Below, in pieces: positions 26,490 through 35,740 of a stretch of 59,694 nt of DNA; position 1 is the first letter of the stretch; every line of letters begins with the position of its first letter. The notes below the pieces were generated by a model, which was not told where the DNA came from, searched no databases, and saw nothing but the letters and a program-made list of their open reading frames with translations. A program made the position numbers and the translations under genes. Origin of the DNA: Patescibacteria group bacterium (GTDB lineage: Bacteria; Patescibacteriota; Minisyncoccia; Moranbacterales; DUUL01). The stretch lies in assembly GCA_034660175.1 (NCBI GenBank), contig JAYEIQ010000020.1:1-59694 (forward strand). The letters run 5' to 3'.

Positions 26490-28040
26490 TTAGAATCCAA
26501 AGAATCCTTTGTCAATCAATTGGATTGTCTGAAGTTTGTGTGTTTGGTCTTTTTTTGTTCTAGCAAAAAGCAATTGATTTTGTTTGTCATATAAAATGTC
26601 TCGGTTTGAAAGGTTATTTTCTACACTATACACATCAATGATATGTGTTCCCCAACGAGTGTCAATGTTCGCAGATTTGACAGAATTCCCAACTGTAAAC
26701 AAAAGATTCTCATAATCATCCATCCACTGTACATTTTGGACGGGTGCTGAAAATCTTGTAACAAAAATCCTGTTTCCTTTTTGTCTGATGGGCTGAACTT
26801 TCCATTCTCTCAAGATCAAGCACCAAATTTCGTTAGTTGTCCAGTAAAGCATCTTTTTACCATCATTACTAAACTGAACTCCTTTGATTTTTTTACTGAT
26901 TTTTTCCATGGAAGTTTCTTTTTTTTCTTTTTCGTCATTATATACGAAAAGCTCACTTTTTGAAGTTTCTATTGCGAGTCGATATTGGTCATAAACAGTT
27001 AGTTTTACAAATGTGTTTTCAGGAGCATCAATCGGCTGATTTGTTATCTGGCGTTTTGAGTCTAAATTATCTTCTTTAATCTCCCAAACAATATTATTTG
27101 ACATTTGAGTATAATAAATTCTATTTTCAGCAAAATCAAATCCGCTAACCTGCGTGTCTATGAGTAATTTTTCTCCGGGTTTATTTATGTCGATATAGAA
27201 CAATTCATAATCTTTGGTCAACGCTACCAACTCATCATTCTTGTTAAACATCCATCGAACTTTTTCAAATTCTGTTGAATCTTCAGCTTCAACATTTGCA
27301 TTATTTGTCAATGTTTCAGTCTTATCTATCGAAAATTCATTAATTTCTTTGTCGAAAAGATCATTAAAGTTGATTACATCCTGCAGATCTTCTTTTTTGA
27401 CTCTTGCTATTACATAATTTTTTTTGCCATCAAGAGAAAAAGGGATCAAGATCCTTTTGTTGTCACTACTCCATTCAACGTTTTCCTCAAAAGTTGAACC
27501 AAGAAATTGAAATTTCTTCGTTGAATAGATTTTCTCAACAGTTTTTTCTTTAATATTCAACAAAGAAACTAAAGTATCGTCATCATTTTTTGTGAAAAAA
27601 ACAATCTCATTTTTATCTCTTGGAGAAATAAAGTACTGATCAATTTGACCAGTTTCATATTTCACAAGATCTCTATTGTCGAGAGGAAAAAGAACTACAT
27701 TCCAAAATTCGGTTGAGATCCCAGAATGAACTTCTATTTCTTTTGACCATGAAGTGTATCCCTCTTTTTCGCAACGAATTGTATGTTTGCCAGGTCGAAC
27801 ACCATTTACAGTATATGAGTTATTGATCACGTTAAGGTTTTTTTTATCTTTTTTCTTACCATCAATGAAAAGATCTATTTCTCTCGGCCAGCTCTTTACA
27901 GTGACTGAGCCACTATAAACGAAGATTTTCCCAATACGGTCGAATCGATATCCTTGTGCAAACAAAACAAGAACTGGAGCAGTCACCAGAAAAAGTGCTA
28001 CAAAAAAAAGCATGTACAGTCTTCGTTGAATCTTGGTCAT
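26490..28040 (-). CDS. PEGA-domain membrane-anchored protein with beta-propeller-like C-terminus
   Basis: N-terminal TM then A.GYRFD; PG.H.I..EKEGY..W.K PEGA motif; WSSD/FSNDG blade motifs. Confidence 0.8.
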   Translation of the reverse strand: MTKIQRRLYMLFFVALFLVTAPVLVLFAQGYRFDRIGKIFVYSGSVTVKSWPREIDLFIDGKKKDKKNLNVINNSYTVNGVRPGKHTIRCEKEGYTSWSKEIEVHSGISTEFWNVVLFPLDNRDLVKYETGQIDQYFISPRDKNEIVFFTKNDDDTLVSLLNIKEKTVEKIYSTKKFQFLGSTFEENVEWSSDNKRILIPFSLDGKKNYVIARVKKEDLQDVINFNDLFDKEINEFSIDKTETLTNNANVEAEDSTEFEKVRWMFNKNDELVALTKDYELFYIDINKPGEKLLIDTQVSGFDFAENRIYYTQMSNNIVWEIKEDNLDSKRQITNQPIDAPENTFVKLTVYDQYRLAIETSKSELFVYNDEKEKKETSMEKISKKIKGVQFSNDGKKMLYWTTNEIWCLILREWKVQPIRQKGNRIFVTRFSAPVQNVQWMDDYENLLFTVGNSVKSANIDTRWGTHIIDVYSVENNLSNRDILYDKQNQLLFARTKKDQTHKLQTIQLIDKGFFGF

Positions 28041-28238
28041 GATAGTTTTAATTTAGTATTCGCTGTTTACAAGTATACCTGTTTCAAGGATTTTTTCAAT
28101 TATCGAAACTATCTTTAAAATCGACTTTTGTCAAGCTTGTCAATGGCTTTTTGTTGTGATACATTCAATATATTGCAGTTGAGTAACCATCTATAATTTG
28201 ACAGGAGGAATGAGTTAATTATTAATCTGATTTTGTAT

Positions 28239-28526
28239 ATGCAACAAAATTGGCAAAACGAGAGAGAGGGAGAAACGGAGACTCAAAATAACACAAAAGC
28301 CAGTTGGCTCAAATTCATTGACACGAGAATTGTGGCATTGTTTGTTTTGGGAATTCTTATTGGAGTCACATTGAAAACTCATGCACTCAAAACAGTTACA
28401 ATGGGCTTTGAGGATTATAAGCTTGCGCAATCAAAGCACGAGTTCGATCTTTCAAGCAACAAATTAGACGAGGAGGAAACAGCAGAAGTTGAAGAAGAAG
28501 TGATGGAGGAAGAGGAGGAATTATAA
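28239..28526 (+). CDS. Small membrane protein with Glu-rich tail
   Basis: One TM (LFVLGILIGVTLK), TMGFEDY motif, C-terminal poly-E. Confidence 0.7.
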   Translation: MQQNWQNEREGETETQNNTKASWLKFIDTRIVALFVLGILIGVTLKTHALKTVTMGFEDYKLAQSKHEFDLSSNKLDEEETAEVEEEVMEEEEEL

Positions 28527-28574
28527 AAAGCATAAAATAATTAACAAAAAAACTTTTAAAAACACTAAAAAAAC

Positions 28575-29783
28575 ATGGACGACAAAAGAAATTCTAGGGA
28601 GGGCTTCGAAAAAGAAGAAAACAATGAATCATCAACTGCAACAGGATCTGAAGATCCTGCAGAGGAAAAAGAATCAGATCAAATTGGAATTGTCACACAA
28701 CATGATGACGAAAAAGAGGAGAAAGTGGAACAGAAACCAATAGAGGAAATTGAGGAAACACAGGAAGAAAACAGAAAGATGAAAAATCTAATCTCTTTAG
28801 TTATAATTCTGGCTGGTGTTGCGATTGGAAGTTTGTTTATAGATGTAGTTCAATTTATGAGTGGAAGTGGCTATTCAGAGCGAGCTTTGAAAGAATCAGA
28901 AATTTTTGTAGCAGGAGAAAAGACTTGGGTAGCATATGAAGATCCTGCAATTGAAGTTCAGGTTTTGAGTGTTGGAGATGGAGAGCTCGCAGAATGTGAA
29001 AATTGTGACCCAACAGAAGTTTTGATGTGGCTCAAGAGGTTTGTTCCAACCTTGATAACAAAAAGAGTTGACGCATCATCTGCTGAAGGAGAAGCTTTGA
29101 TCGAAAAATATGACCTCAAATCAATTCCATCGTTTGTTTTTTCAGATGCGGTTCAAGATTCAAGTTTTTATCAGGGAGAAGCAAGAGTTTTGTTTGCAGA
29201 AAAGGAAGGTGATTTTGTTTTAAACTCTACTGGTCTTGGGATCCCTGTGGGCAAATATCTTGAAACTCCAACAATTTCAGAAGGGGATGCTGTTCTTGGG
29301 AATCCAGAAGCTGCAGTGAAAATGGTCGTGTATTCAGATTTTCAATGTCCTTATTGTAGCAAATATTTCGAGCAAGTAAAGCAAATTGCCGAAGAAAACG
29401 AATCAGTGGTTTTGATTTATAAAGATTTGCCATTGGATTTTCATCCAAAAGCAGTGAATGCAGCACATGCAGCAAGATGTGCCGGACAACAAGAAATGTT
29501 TTGGGAAGTGGCTAGAGAATTATATTCCACACAGGATATATGGGGCAAACAAGAAGGAAAAATGCCATTTATAACTATGGCAACCAAGCTTGGTCTCAAC
29601 AGAGCTGATTTTACAACATGCATTGAAGAGGAGACGTTCACTGAAGAGATCGAGAAAGATATGGATGAAGCAAAGAATTTTGGAATTTCAGGAACACCTG
29701 CAACATTCATAAATGGTCAATTCCTTAGTGGAGTTGTTGAACAAGAAGAACTCAATTCTTTGATAGAAAAAGAGCTTCAATAA
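28575..29783 (+). CDS. DsbA-like thioredoxin-fold membrane protein with two Trx-like domains
   Basis: YSDFQCPYC and GISGTP.TFING; upstream domain with CENCD. Confidence 0.88.
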   Translation: MDDKRNSREGFEKEENNESSTATGSEDPAEEKESDQIGIVTQHDDEKEEKVEQKPIEEIEETQEENRKMKNLISLVIILAGVAIGSLFIDVVQFMSGSGYSERALKESEIFVAGEKTWVAYEDPAIEVQVLSVGDGELAECENCDPTEVLMWLKRFVPTLITKRVDASSAEGEALIEKYDLKSIPSFVFSDAVQDSSFYQGEARVLFAEKEGDFVLNSTGLGIPVGKYLETPTISEGDAVLGNPEAAVKMVVYSDFQCPYCSKYFEQVKQIAEENESVVLIYKDLPLDFHPKAVNAAHAARCAGQQEMFWEVARELYSTQDIWGKQEGKMPFITMATKLGLNRADFTTCIEEETFTEEIEKDMDEAKNFGISGTPATFINGQFLSGVVEQEELNSLIEKELQ

Positions 29784-29815
29784 AAAGTTTTTTACGCTTC
29801 AAATAATTTTGATAG

Positions 29816-30382
29816 ATGCAAAACAAAAACAAATATGAAATTATAATCCACGGACGAGGTGGACAAGGTGCCAAGACAACAGCAGAAATTTTGGTTCAAG
29901 CAGCAGTGGGCGAAGGGAAATATGTTCAAGCTTTTCCTGAGTTTGGTCCAGAAAGAAGTGGTGCACCAATACGATCATTTGTGAGAATATCAGATGAGCC
30001 AATCAGAACTCATGAACCCGTTACAGATCCGGATTGTGTTTTAGTGCTTGATGATACAATTTTAGATGTTGTTGATGTAACACCAAACCTCTCAGACAAA
30101 GAACCTCTTGTGATTAATTCAAAAAAAGGAAAGCAGGAGCTTGGAAAGCAACATAACTTTTCAGGAATAATTATTCCTGTTGATGCAAGTGGAATGTCTC
30201 TGGAAGTTATTGGAGAAAATAGGCCAAACACGGTGATTTTGGGTAAATTTGCTTTTGTGACAGAAGTAGTCAAGATCGAAGGCATTGTAGAAGTTTTCAG
30301 AAAAAAATATGAGTCAAAAATAGGTAAAGAAAAAACAGATAAAAATGTTGAGGCTATTATGAAAGCATACAACACACATTGA
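29816..30382 (+). CDS. porC: Pyruvate:ferredoxin oxidoreductase gamma subunit
   Basis: HGRGGQGAKT, FPEFGPERSGAP. Confidence 0.93.
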   Translation: MQNKNKYEIIIHGRGGQGAKTTAEILVQAAVGEGKYVQAFPEFGPERSGAPIRSFVRISDEPIRTHEPVTDPDCVLVLDDTILDVVDVTPNLSDKEPLVINSKKGKQELGKQHNFSGIIIPVDASGMSLEVIGENRPNTVILGKFAFVTEVVKIEGIVEVFRKKYESKIGKEKTDKNVEAIMKAYNTH

Positions 30383-30392
30383 TTATATTTTT

Positions 30393-30716
30393 ATGGTTCA
30401 AGAAAAACAGTCATTCAAACATGTGAAAATAGTAAAAAAATCCAAAAAAAAAGTTGGAAGTGAGTTTGGTGCGGTCATAACAAATGAACCTGAGAACTAT
30501 CCCCAGACAGGTCAGTGGAGAGACCAAATTCCAGTCGTGAACAAAGAAAAGTGCATTGGCTGTGCAATGTGCTCAAGACATTGTCCAGAAAATTCAATAT
30601 CGATGAAAAAAATTGGTGACAAAAACAAATCTGTTGTTGATTATAAGTTTTGCAAAGGTTGTGGGATTTGTGGGCAGGTTTGCCCCGTTGGTGCAATAGA
30701 AATGAAGAAGCAGTGA
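30393..30716 (+). CDS. porD: PFOR delta subunit (2x[4Fe-4S])
   Basis: TGQWR..PV, CIGCAMC...CP and CKGCGIC...CP. Confidence 0.92.
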   Translation: MVQEKQSFKHVKIVKKSKKKVGSEFGAVITNEPENYPQTGQWRDQIPVVNKEKCIGCAMCSRHCPENSISMKKIGDKNKSVVDYKFCKGCGICGQVCPVGAIEMKKQ

Positions 30717-30735
30717 TAAGAAACGAAAAAAGAAG

Positions 30736-31434
30736 ATGAAAGAAAGAAATGATAAAAATTATTTAGTTGTTGATTTTGATAGTACATTTGTGAAACTTGA
30801 ATCTCTTGATAATTTAGCAGATTTTGCACTAGAGGGAAATCCTCAAAAAAAACAAATTCTTCAACAGGTGGAAACCACAACAAAACTTGGAATGGAGGGT
30901 AAAATAACCTTTCCGCAGTCACTTTCTCGACGATTAAAACTTTTCTCAGCAAATAAGCAACATATCAACAAGCTGATTGAGAAGCTCAGCGACAATATTT
31001 CAGAATCTATAAAAAAGAATCAAAATTTCTTTAGAGAAAATTCAGATAAGATTTATATTATTTCAGGTGGTTTCATAGACTACATAGCTCCGATCGCCCA
31101 AAATTTTGGAGTTGCGTGGGATCACATTCTTGCAAATGAATTCTGCTTTAATAAGCGAGATCGGATCACAGGAATCAACAAAGAGAATTGTCTTGCTCAA
31201 CAGGAAGGCAAAGTAAAAGCAGTAAACGCTCTTGATTTGGATGGAACAATTTGGGTTGTAGGAGATGGCTTCACTGACTATGAAATCAAAAAGGCCGGAA
31301 GTGCTGATAAGTTTGTAGCCTTTGTTGAAAATGTCAAACGTGACAATATTATTGAGAAGGCGGATCATACAATTGAAAATTTTGATGACTTAAAAAGACT
31401 TATCGAGGAACACAAAAACAAAATGGATATATGA
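30736..31434 (+). CDS. HAD-IB phosphatase (phosphoserine phosphatase-like)
   Basis: DFDSTF, ISGGF, GK, VGDGFTD motifs. Confidence 0.88.
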   Translation: MKERNDKNYLVVDFDSTFVKLESLDNLADFALEGNPQKKQILQQVETTTKLGMEGKITFPQSLSRRLKLFSANKQHINKLIEKLSDNISESIKKNQNFFRENSDKIYIISGGFIDYIAPIAQNFGVAWDHILANEFCFNKRDRITGINKENCLAQQEGKVKAVNALDLDGTIWVVGDGFTDYEIKKAGSADKFVAFVENVKRDNIIEKADHTIENFDDLKRLIEEHKNKMDI

Positions 31435-32561
31435 AAAACATTCAAACTAAAAATCTAGCACTGACTGGCGGACATGCTACCGGAGAGGCCATAAGACAAA
31501 TAAATCCAGATGTGATGGCGGTCTATCCAATCACGCCCCAGACACCAATTGTTGAGTATTTTGCAAAAGCTGTGGCCGATGGCAAGTCAGATACTGAAAT
31601 AATACCTGTTGAGTCAGAGCACAGCGCTATGAGTGCTTGCATTGGATCGGCTGCAGCAGGTGCAACAACTATGACAGCTTCAAGTTCTCAGGGAATTATG
31701 TATATGATGGAAGTTCTGCCCGTTGCTTCATCGATGCGCTTACCGATTGTCATGGCTGTTTCAAACCGCGCAATATCTGGTCCAATAAATATTCATGGCG
31801 ATCATTCCGATGCCATGGCCATGAGAGACACCGGTTGGATTCAAATTTTTTCTGAAAATGCTCAAGAAGCATATGACAACACAATATTGTCAACAAAAAT
31901 TGCGCACAAAGCACTGCTCCCAACTACGATAAACATGGATGGTTTCGTAACATCACATAGCGTTGAAAACTTGGAGCTACTTGATGATCTCAAGGTAAAA
32001 GAATTTATTGGAAAATATGAGCCAAAAAAAACCTTGTTTGATTTTGATAATCCCAAAACTTTTGGTCCAGTCGCATTACAAAATAGCTATTTCGAGTTTA
32101 GAAAACAAATTTTTGATGCAATGGAAGAGGCAAGATCAATTTTTAACGATGTGACCGTTGATTTTGGAAAAATATCCGGTAGACGTTATAATCAAGTTGA
32201 AAGATACAAAATAGAAGATGCAACTAAGGTCATTGTTGCAATTGGCTCAACCGCTGGAACAATAAAGGAAGTTGTTGATCGACTTAGAGAAAAAGGGGGG
32301 AAAGTTGGTTTGCTCAAAATAAGACTTTTCAGACCATTTCCATCTGAAAACGTCAAAGAGGCTCTTGGGAATGTCGAGAATGTTGTTGTGATGGATAAAA
32401 ATATGGCATTTGGAACAAAACAAGTTTTGGCAAGTGAGGTTCAAGAAGCAATTGGAAGGGAAGTCCAAAGTGTTGTTTACGGTTTAGGCGGAAGAGATGT
32501 ATATGAAAAACAAATCATCGATCTTTTTAAAGGAAAAAATAAGAGCGGTTATATAATATAA
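31431..32561 (+). CDS. porA: PFOR alpha subunit
   Basis: YPITPQT, ESEHSAMS, SSQG, IHGDHSD, FRPFP, GLGGRD. Confidence 0.94.
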   Translation: MKNIQTKNLALTGGHATGEAIRQINPDVMAVYPITPQTPIVEYFAKAVADGKSDTEIIPVESEHSAMSACIGSAAAGATTMTASSSQGIMYMMEVLPVASSMRLPIVMAVSNRAISGPINIHGDHSDAMAMRDTGWIQIFSENAQEAYDNTILSTKIAHKALLPTTINMDGFVTSHSVENLELLDDLKVKEFIGKYEPKKTLFDFDNPKTFGPVALQNSYFEFRKQIFDAMEEARSIFNDVTVDFGKISGRRYNQVERYKIEDATKVIVAIGSTAGTIKEVVDRLREKGGKVGLLKIRLFRPFPSENVKEALGNVENVVVMDKNMAFGTKQVLASEVQEAIGREVQSVVYGLGGRDVYEKQIIDLFKGKNKSGYII

Positions 32562-32565
32562 AAAA

Positions 32566-33597
32566 ATGGAAAAAGGACCACAAATCAGGTTTGTTGGAGG
32601 AGCCTCGACAGAAAAGAAGCGCCAGATCAAAAAAGAAATTGAACGCGCGTTATATGATCACTATCCAACTATTAGTAAAGAAGACTTAGAAATAATTAAA
32701 AAGGAGGAGCGCCCAAAGACAGAAATGGAGTTAGGATTGTTCGATTATGCGAATAAAGAAAGCAATATACTCATGGAAAGAGCAGGACTGCCTTCTTATG
32801 ATATACCTGCAGAAAACTTTCACATGCTTTCTCCAAACAGTATCATGAAGCCATCGGAAGAAATAGTTTAGCCACAATGCTTGCTTTAGATCAGACGGTG
32901 CTTATAAATAATAAGAACCTTAAAGAGCAACCTATAAAATTTATCAAAACCGTGTTTCATGAATTAATGCATTTAAAAGGTCACTTATCAATTGAAGCTC
33001 AGAAATTAGATGGAAAGATCACCAAGTCTCTTTACAGGGAAGGCGTAATAGTCTTCTCCGCGCAAGAGAAAAAACACTGGTAGCGAGCACGTACATTTTA
33101 GGGGCTTGTACGAAGCTATTGTTTCTGATTCCGAGAAAGAGTTTATGAAAAAGATTCTAAACTTACCTCTTTTTTCCAAAGGAAAAGAACGCCTTAGTCT
33201 GTTTGAGAAGAAAGAAAAAATAAGACAGCTTGCTGACCATTACAAAGTTTCTCCAAAAGACATTTCTTGGATTAGTGAAGACGGGAAAGAATATGCAGGA
33301 ATACACTATCCGAAGCACAGGGACGTTTTTGATTATGTTTGCAGAGAAGTACTGAAACAATTTCCAAAAAAATATTCCTCATTTGAAGAAGTGAAATCAG
33401 AATTTCTAGCAAGTCATTTTACTGGTAGACTATTACCGATTGCAAGCATAGTTGAGGGGATGTTTGGCAAAGGTAGCTTTAGAAGGCTTGGCGATATGGA
33501 CGATGGAAATATTTCAGCAATTCAGACTCTTGAAGCCTTGAAACAAACCAGGAATAGGTTTTTAAAGAAACATTTAAATGAAGACATAAAAGAATAA
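32566..33597 (+). pseudogene. HExxH-containing hypothetical gene split by two frameshifts
   Basis: ORFs 32566-32871, 32877-33083 and 33106-33597 join into one ~343 aa frame through shifts in A runs at ~32836 and ~33072; FHELMH...HFRGLYEA. Confidence 0.7.
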
Positions 33598-33605
33598 TAC
33601 AGTTT

Positions 33606-34520
33606 ATGAACAAGAAGACTCAAAAATTTACTGTTGCGACCACTTGTGCCGGCTGTCCGATCGGTCTTATTATCCGTACTGTTCTGAACGCGACGGATGA
33701 TAATATTGTTGTTGCCAATGCTACCGGATGCATGGAAGTGACCTCAACGATATATCCCAACACAGCATGGAATGTTCCGTATATCCATAGCGCATTCGGG
33801 AATACAGGAGCTACGATATCGGGAATAGAGACTGCTTATCGATCACTGAAAAAGCAGAATAAGTTGAGAACCGGCAAACCCGTGAAATTTGTTGCTTTTG
33901 GAGGAGATGGAGGTACATATGACATTGGTTTACAGGCTCTTTCTGGAGCGCTGGAACGTGGACATGATTTTTTATATATTTGCTACGACAATGGTGCGTA
34001 TATGAACACAGGAAATCAGCGAAGCGGCGCAACACCTATTGGTGCAGATACAGAAACAACACCTTCTGGTAAAAAATCTTATGGAAAAAGAACAAGAAGA
34101 AAAGACATGATGTCAATTGTCGCTGCTCATCATATTCCATATGTAGCAACTGCTAACGTCGGTTTTTTGCAAGATTTTGAAGATAAAGTCAAAAAAGCAT
34201 TTGAAATGAAAGGACCAAAGTTTATTCTTGTCTTTTCTCCTTGCGTTGTTGGTTGGAAATACGAACCTTCTCAAACAATAGACATTGCTAAGCAGGCAAC
34301 AGAAACGAACTTTTGGCCTTTGTTTGAAATAGAAAATGGACGATATTACTTGAACTATGAACCAAAAAACAAGCTTCCCATTGAAGAGTTCTATAAGACT
34401 CAAGGAAGATTTAAGCACATTTTCAGAAGACAAAATAAGGATGAAATTCTTGGCAAAGTTCAAGAGGAAGTTGACAACCAGTGGAAAAAACTTCAAGATC
34501 TAACAAAACTTAACGAATAA
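33606..34520 (+). CDS. porB: PFOR beta subunit (TPP binding)
   Basis: CAGC, ATGCMEV, GGDGGTYDIG, YDNGAYMNTG.QRS. Confidence 0.94.
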   Translation: MNKKTQKFTVATTCAGCPIGLIIRTVLNATDDNIVVANATGCMEVTSTIYPNTAWNVPYIHSAFGNTGATISGIETAYRSLKKQNKLRTGKPVKFVAFGGDGGTYDIGLQALSGALERGHDFLYICYDNGAYMNTGNQRSGATPIGADTETTPSGKKSYGKRTRRKDMMSIVAAHHIPYVATANVGFLQDFEDKVKKAFEMKGPKFILVFSPCVVGWKYEPSQTIDIAKQATETNFWPLFEIENGRYYLNYEPKNKLPIEEFYKTQGRFKHIFRRQNKDEILGKVQEEVDNQWKKLQDLTKLNE

Positions 34521-34523
34521 AAA

Positions 34524-35675
34524 ATGAGTGGCGATATACTTTTGTTGATAGTTATTTTTATTGCTGGGATTGCGACAATTATTATTTTCATAGGCAGGAA
34601 AATTTCATCTGTTCAATCAAAAGACATGGGGAAAGAAATGCTCATGCTACAACAACAAATTGGGCAAATAAATCAAACGCTAGATCAGAAACTTTCTGAA
34701 ACCAAATCTGAACTAGATAGAAAGCTTTCTGAGACAAACAAAATCACCAGGGAACAGTTTCAAGAAGGAACCCAGTTTATGAGCGGTATTTCGAAAGACA
34801 GTCAAGAGATGCTACACAAGATAAGCCAACAGTCGCAAGAGATGGTTAAGGGAGTGACAGAGAGACTTACAAAGCTAGACGAAACAAACAAGCAAGTAAT
34901 TGGTTTTTCTGAGCAACTTTCAAGTCTTGAAAAGGTCCTTAAAAGTCAAAAACAAAGAGGAAGTCTTGGAGAAGCAGGTTTAAAGTTGGTTTTGGAGAAT
35001 ATACTTCCACCAGACGCATTTAGTTTGCAATATCAATTTGATGATGGTGACAAAGTTGACGCTGCGATCTTCACGAAAGATGGAATAATCCCGATTGATG
35101 CAAAATTTTCTTTGGAAAACTATAATAGAATTGTTGATGAGGAGAATGAAGACAAAAGAGAATACTATAAAAAGGAGTTTAAAAATGATCTAAAAAAAAG
35201 AATCAACGAAACCAGCAAATACGTGAAGCCAAACAAAGGAACACTCGATTTCGCTTTCATGTTCATCCCTGCAGAAGCAATTTATTATGATTTATTAGTC
35301 AATGAAGTGGGAGTAGTAAAAGGAGATACTCGCTCACTTATCGATTATGCATCAAAAGAGAAAAATGTTGTTATTGTCTCACCAACCACCTTTTCTGCAT
35401 ATTTGAAAACAGTTTTATTCGGCTTGCAGGCATTAAAAATAGAAGAGCAAGCCAAAACAATACAAAGCAACGTTGAAAAGTTTTCCAAACATCTAAATGT
35501 TTATGAATCTTTTCATGAGAAACTTGGCAACAGTCTTGCAACCACAGTCAACCACTATAAAAAATCTCACAAAGAGCTCGGGAAAATAGATAAAGATATC
35601 ATGAAAATAACAGGCAATGAAAAAACCTTGCGACTAGAAGAGGTCGAGATCGAGAGTCCAAAAAATGAGGATTGA
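34524..35675 (+). CDS. rmuC: DNA recombination protein RmuC
   Basis: N-terminal TM and coiled coil; RG.LGE..L, PIDAKF, T.DFA.MFIP.E, SPTT. Confidence 0.92.
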   Translation: MSGDILLLIVIFIAGIATIIIFIGRKISSVQSKDMGKEMLMLQQQIGQINQTLDQKLSETKSELDRKLSETNKITREQFQEGTQFMSGISKDSQEMLHKISQQSQEMVKGVTERLTKLDETNKQVIGFSEQLSSLEKVLKSQKQRGSLGEAGLKLVLENILPPDAFSLQYQFDDGDKVDAAIFTKDGIIPIDAKFSLENYNRIVDEENEDKREYYKKEFKNDLKKRINETSKYVKPNKGTLDFAFMFIPAEAIYYDLLVNEVGVVKGDTRSLIDYASKEKNVVIVSPTTFSAYLKTVLFGLQALKIEEQAKTIQSNVEKFSKHLNVYESFHEKLGNSLATTVNHYKKSHKELGKIDKDIMKITGNEKTLRLEEVEIESPKNED

Positions 35676-35695
35676 TAGTGTAATTATATTCAAAC

Positions 35696-35720
35696 AAAAA
35701 TCAGCATCTAGCTGATTTTT
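35696..35720. terminator. Bidirectional terminator
   Basis: AAAAATCAGC-ATCTA-GCTGATTTTT between convergent genes. Confidence 0.75.
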
Positions 35721-35740
35721 ATTTATTTGTAATAATATGT

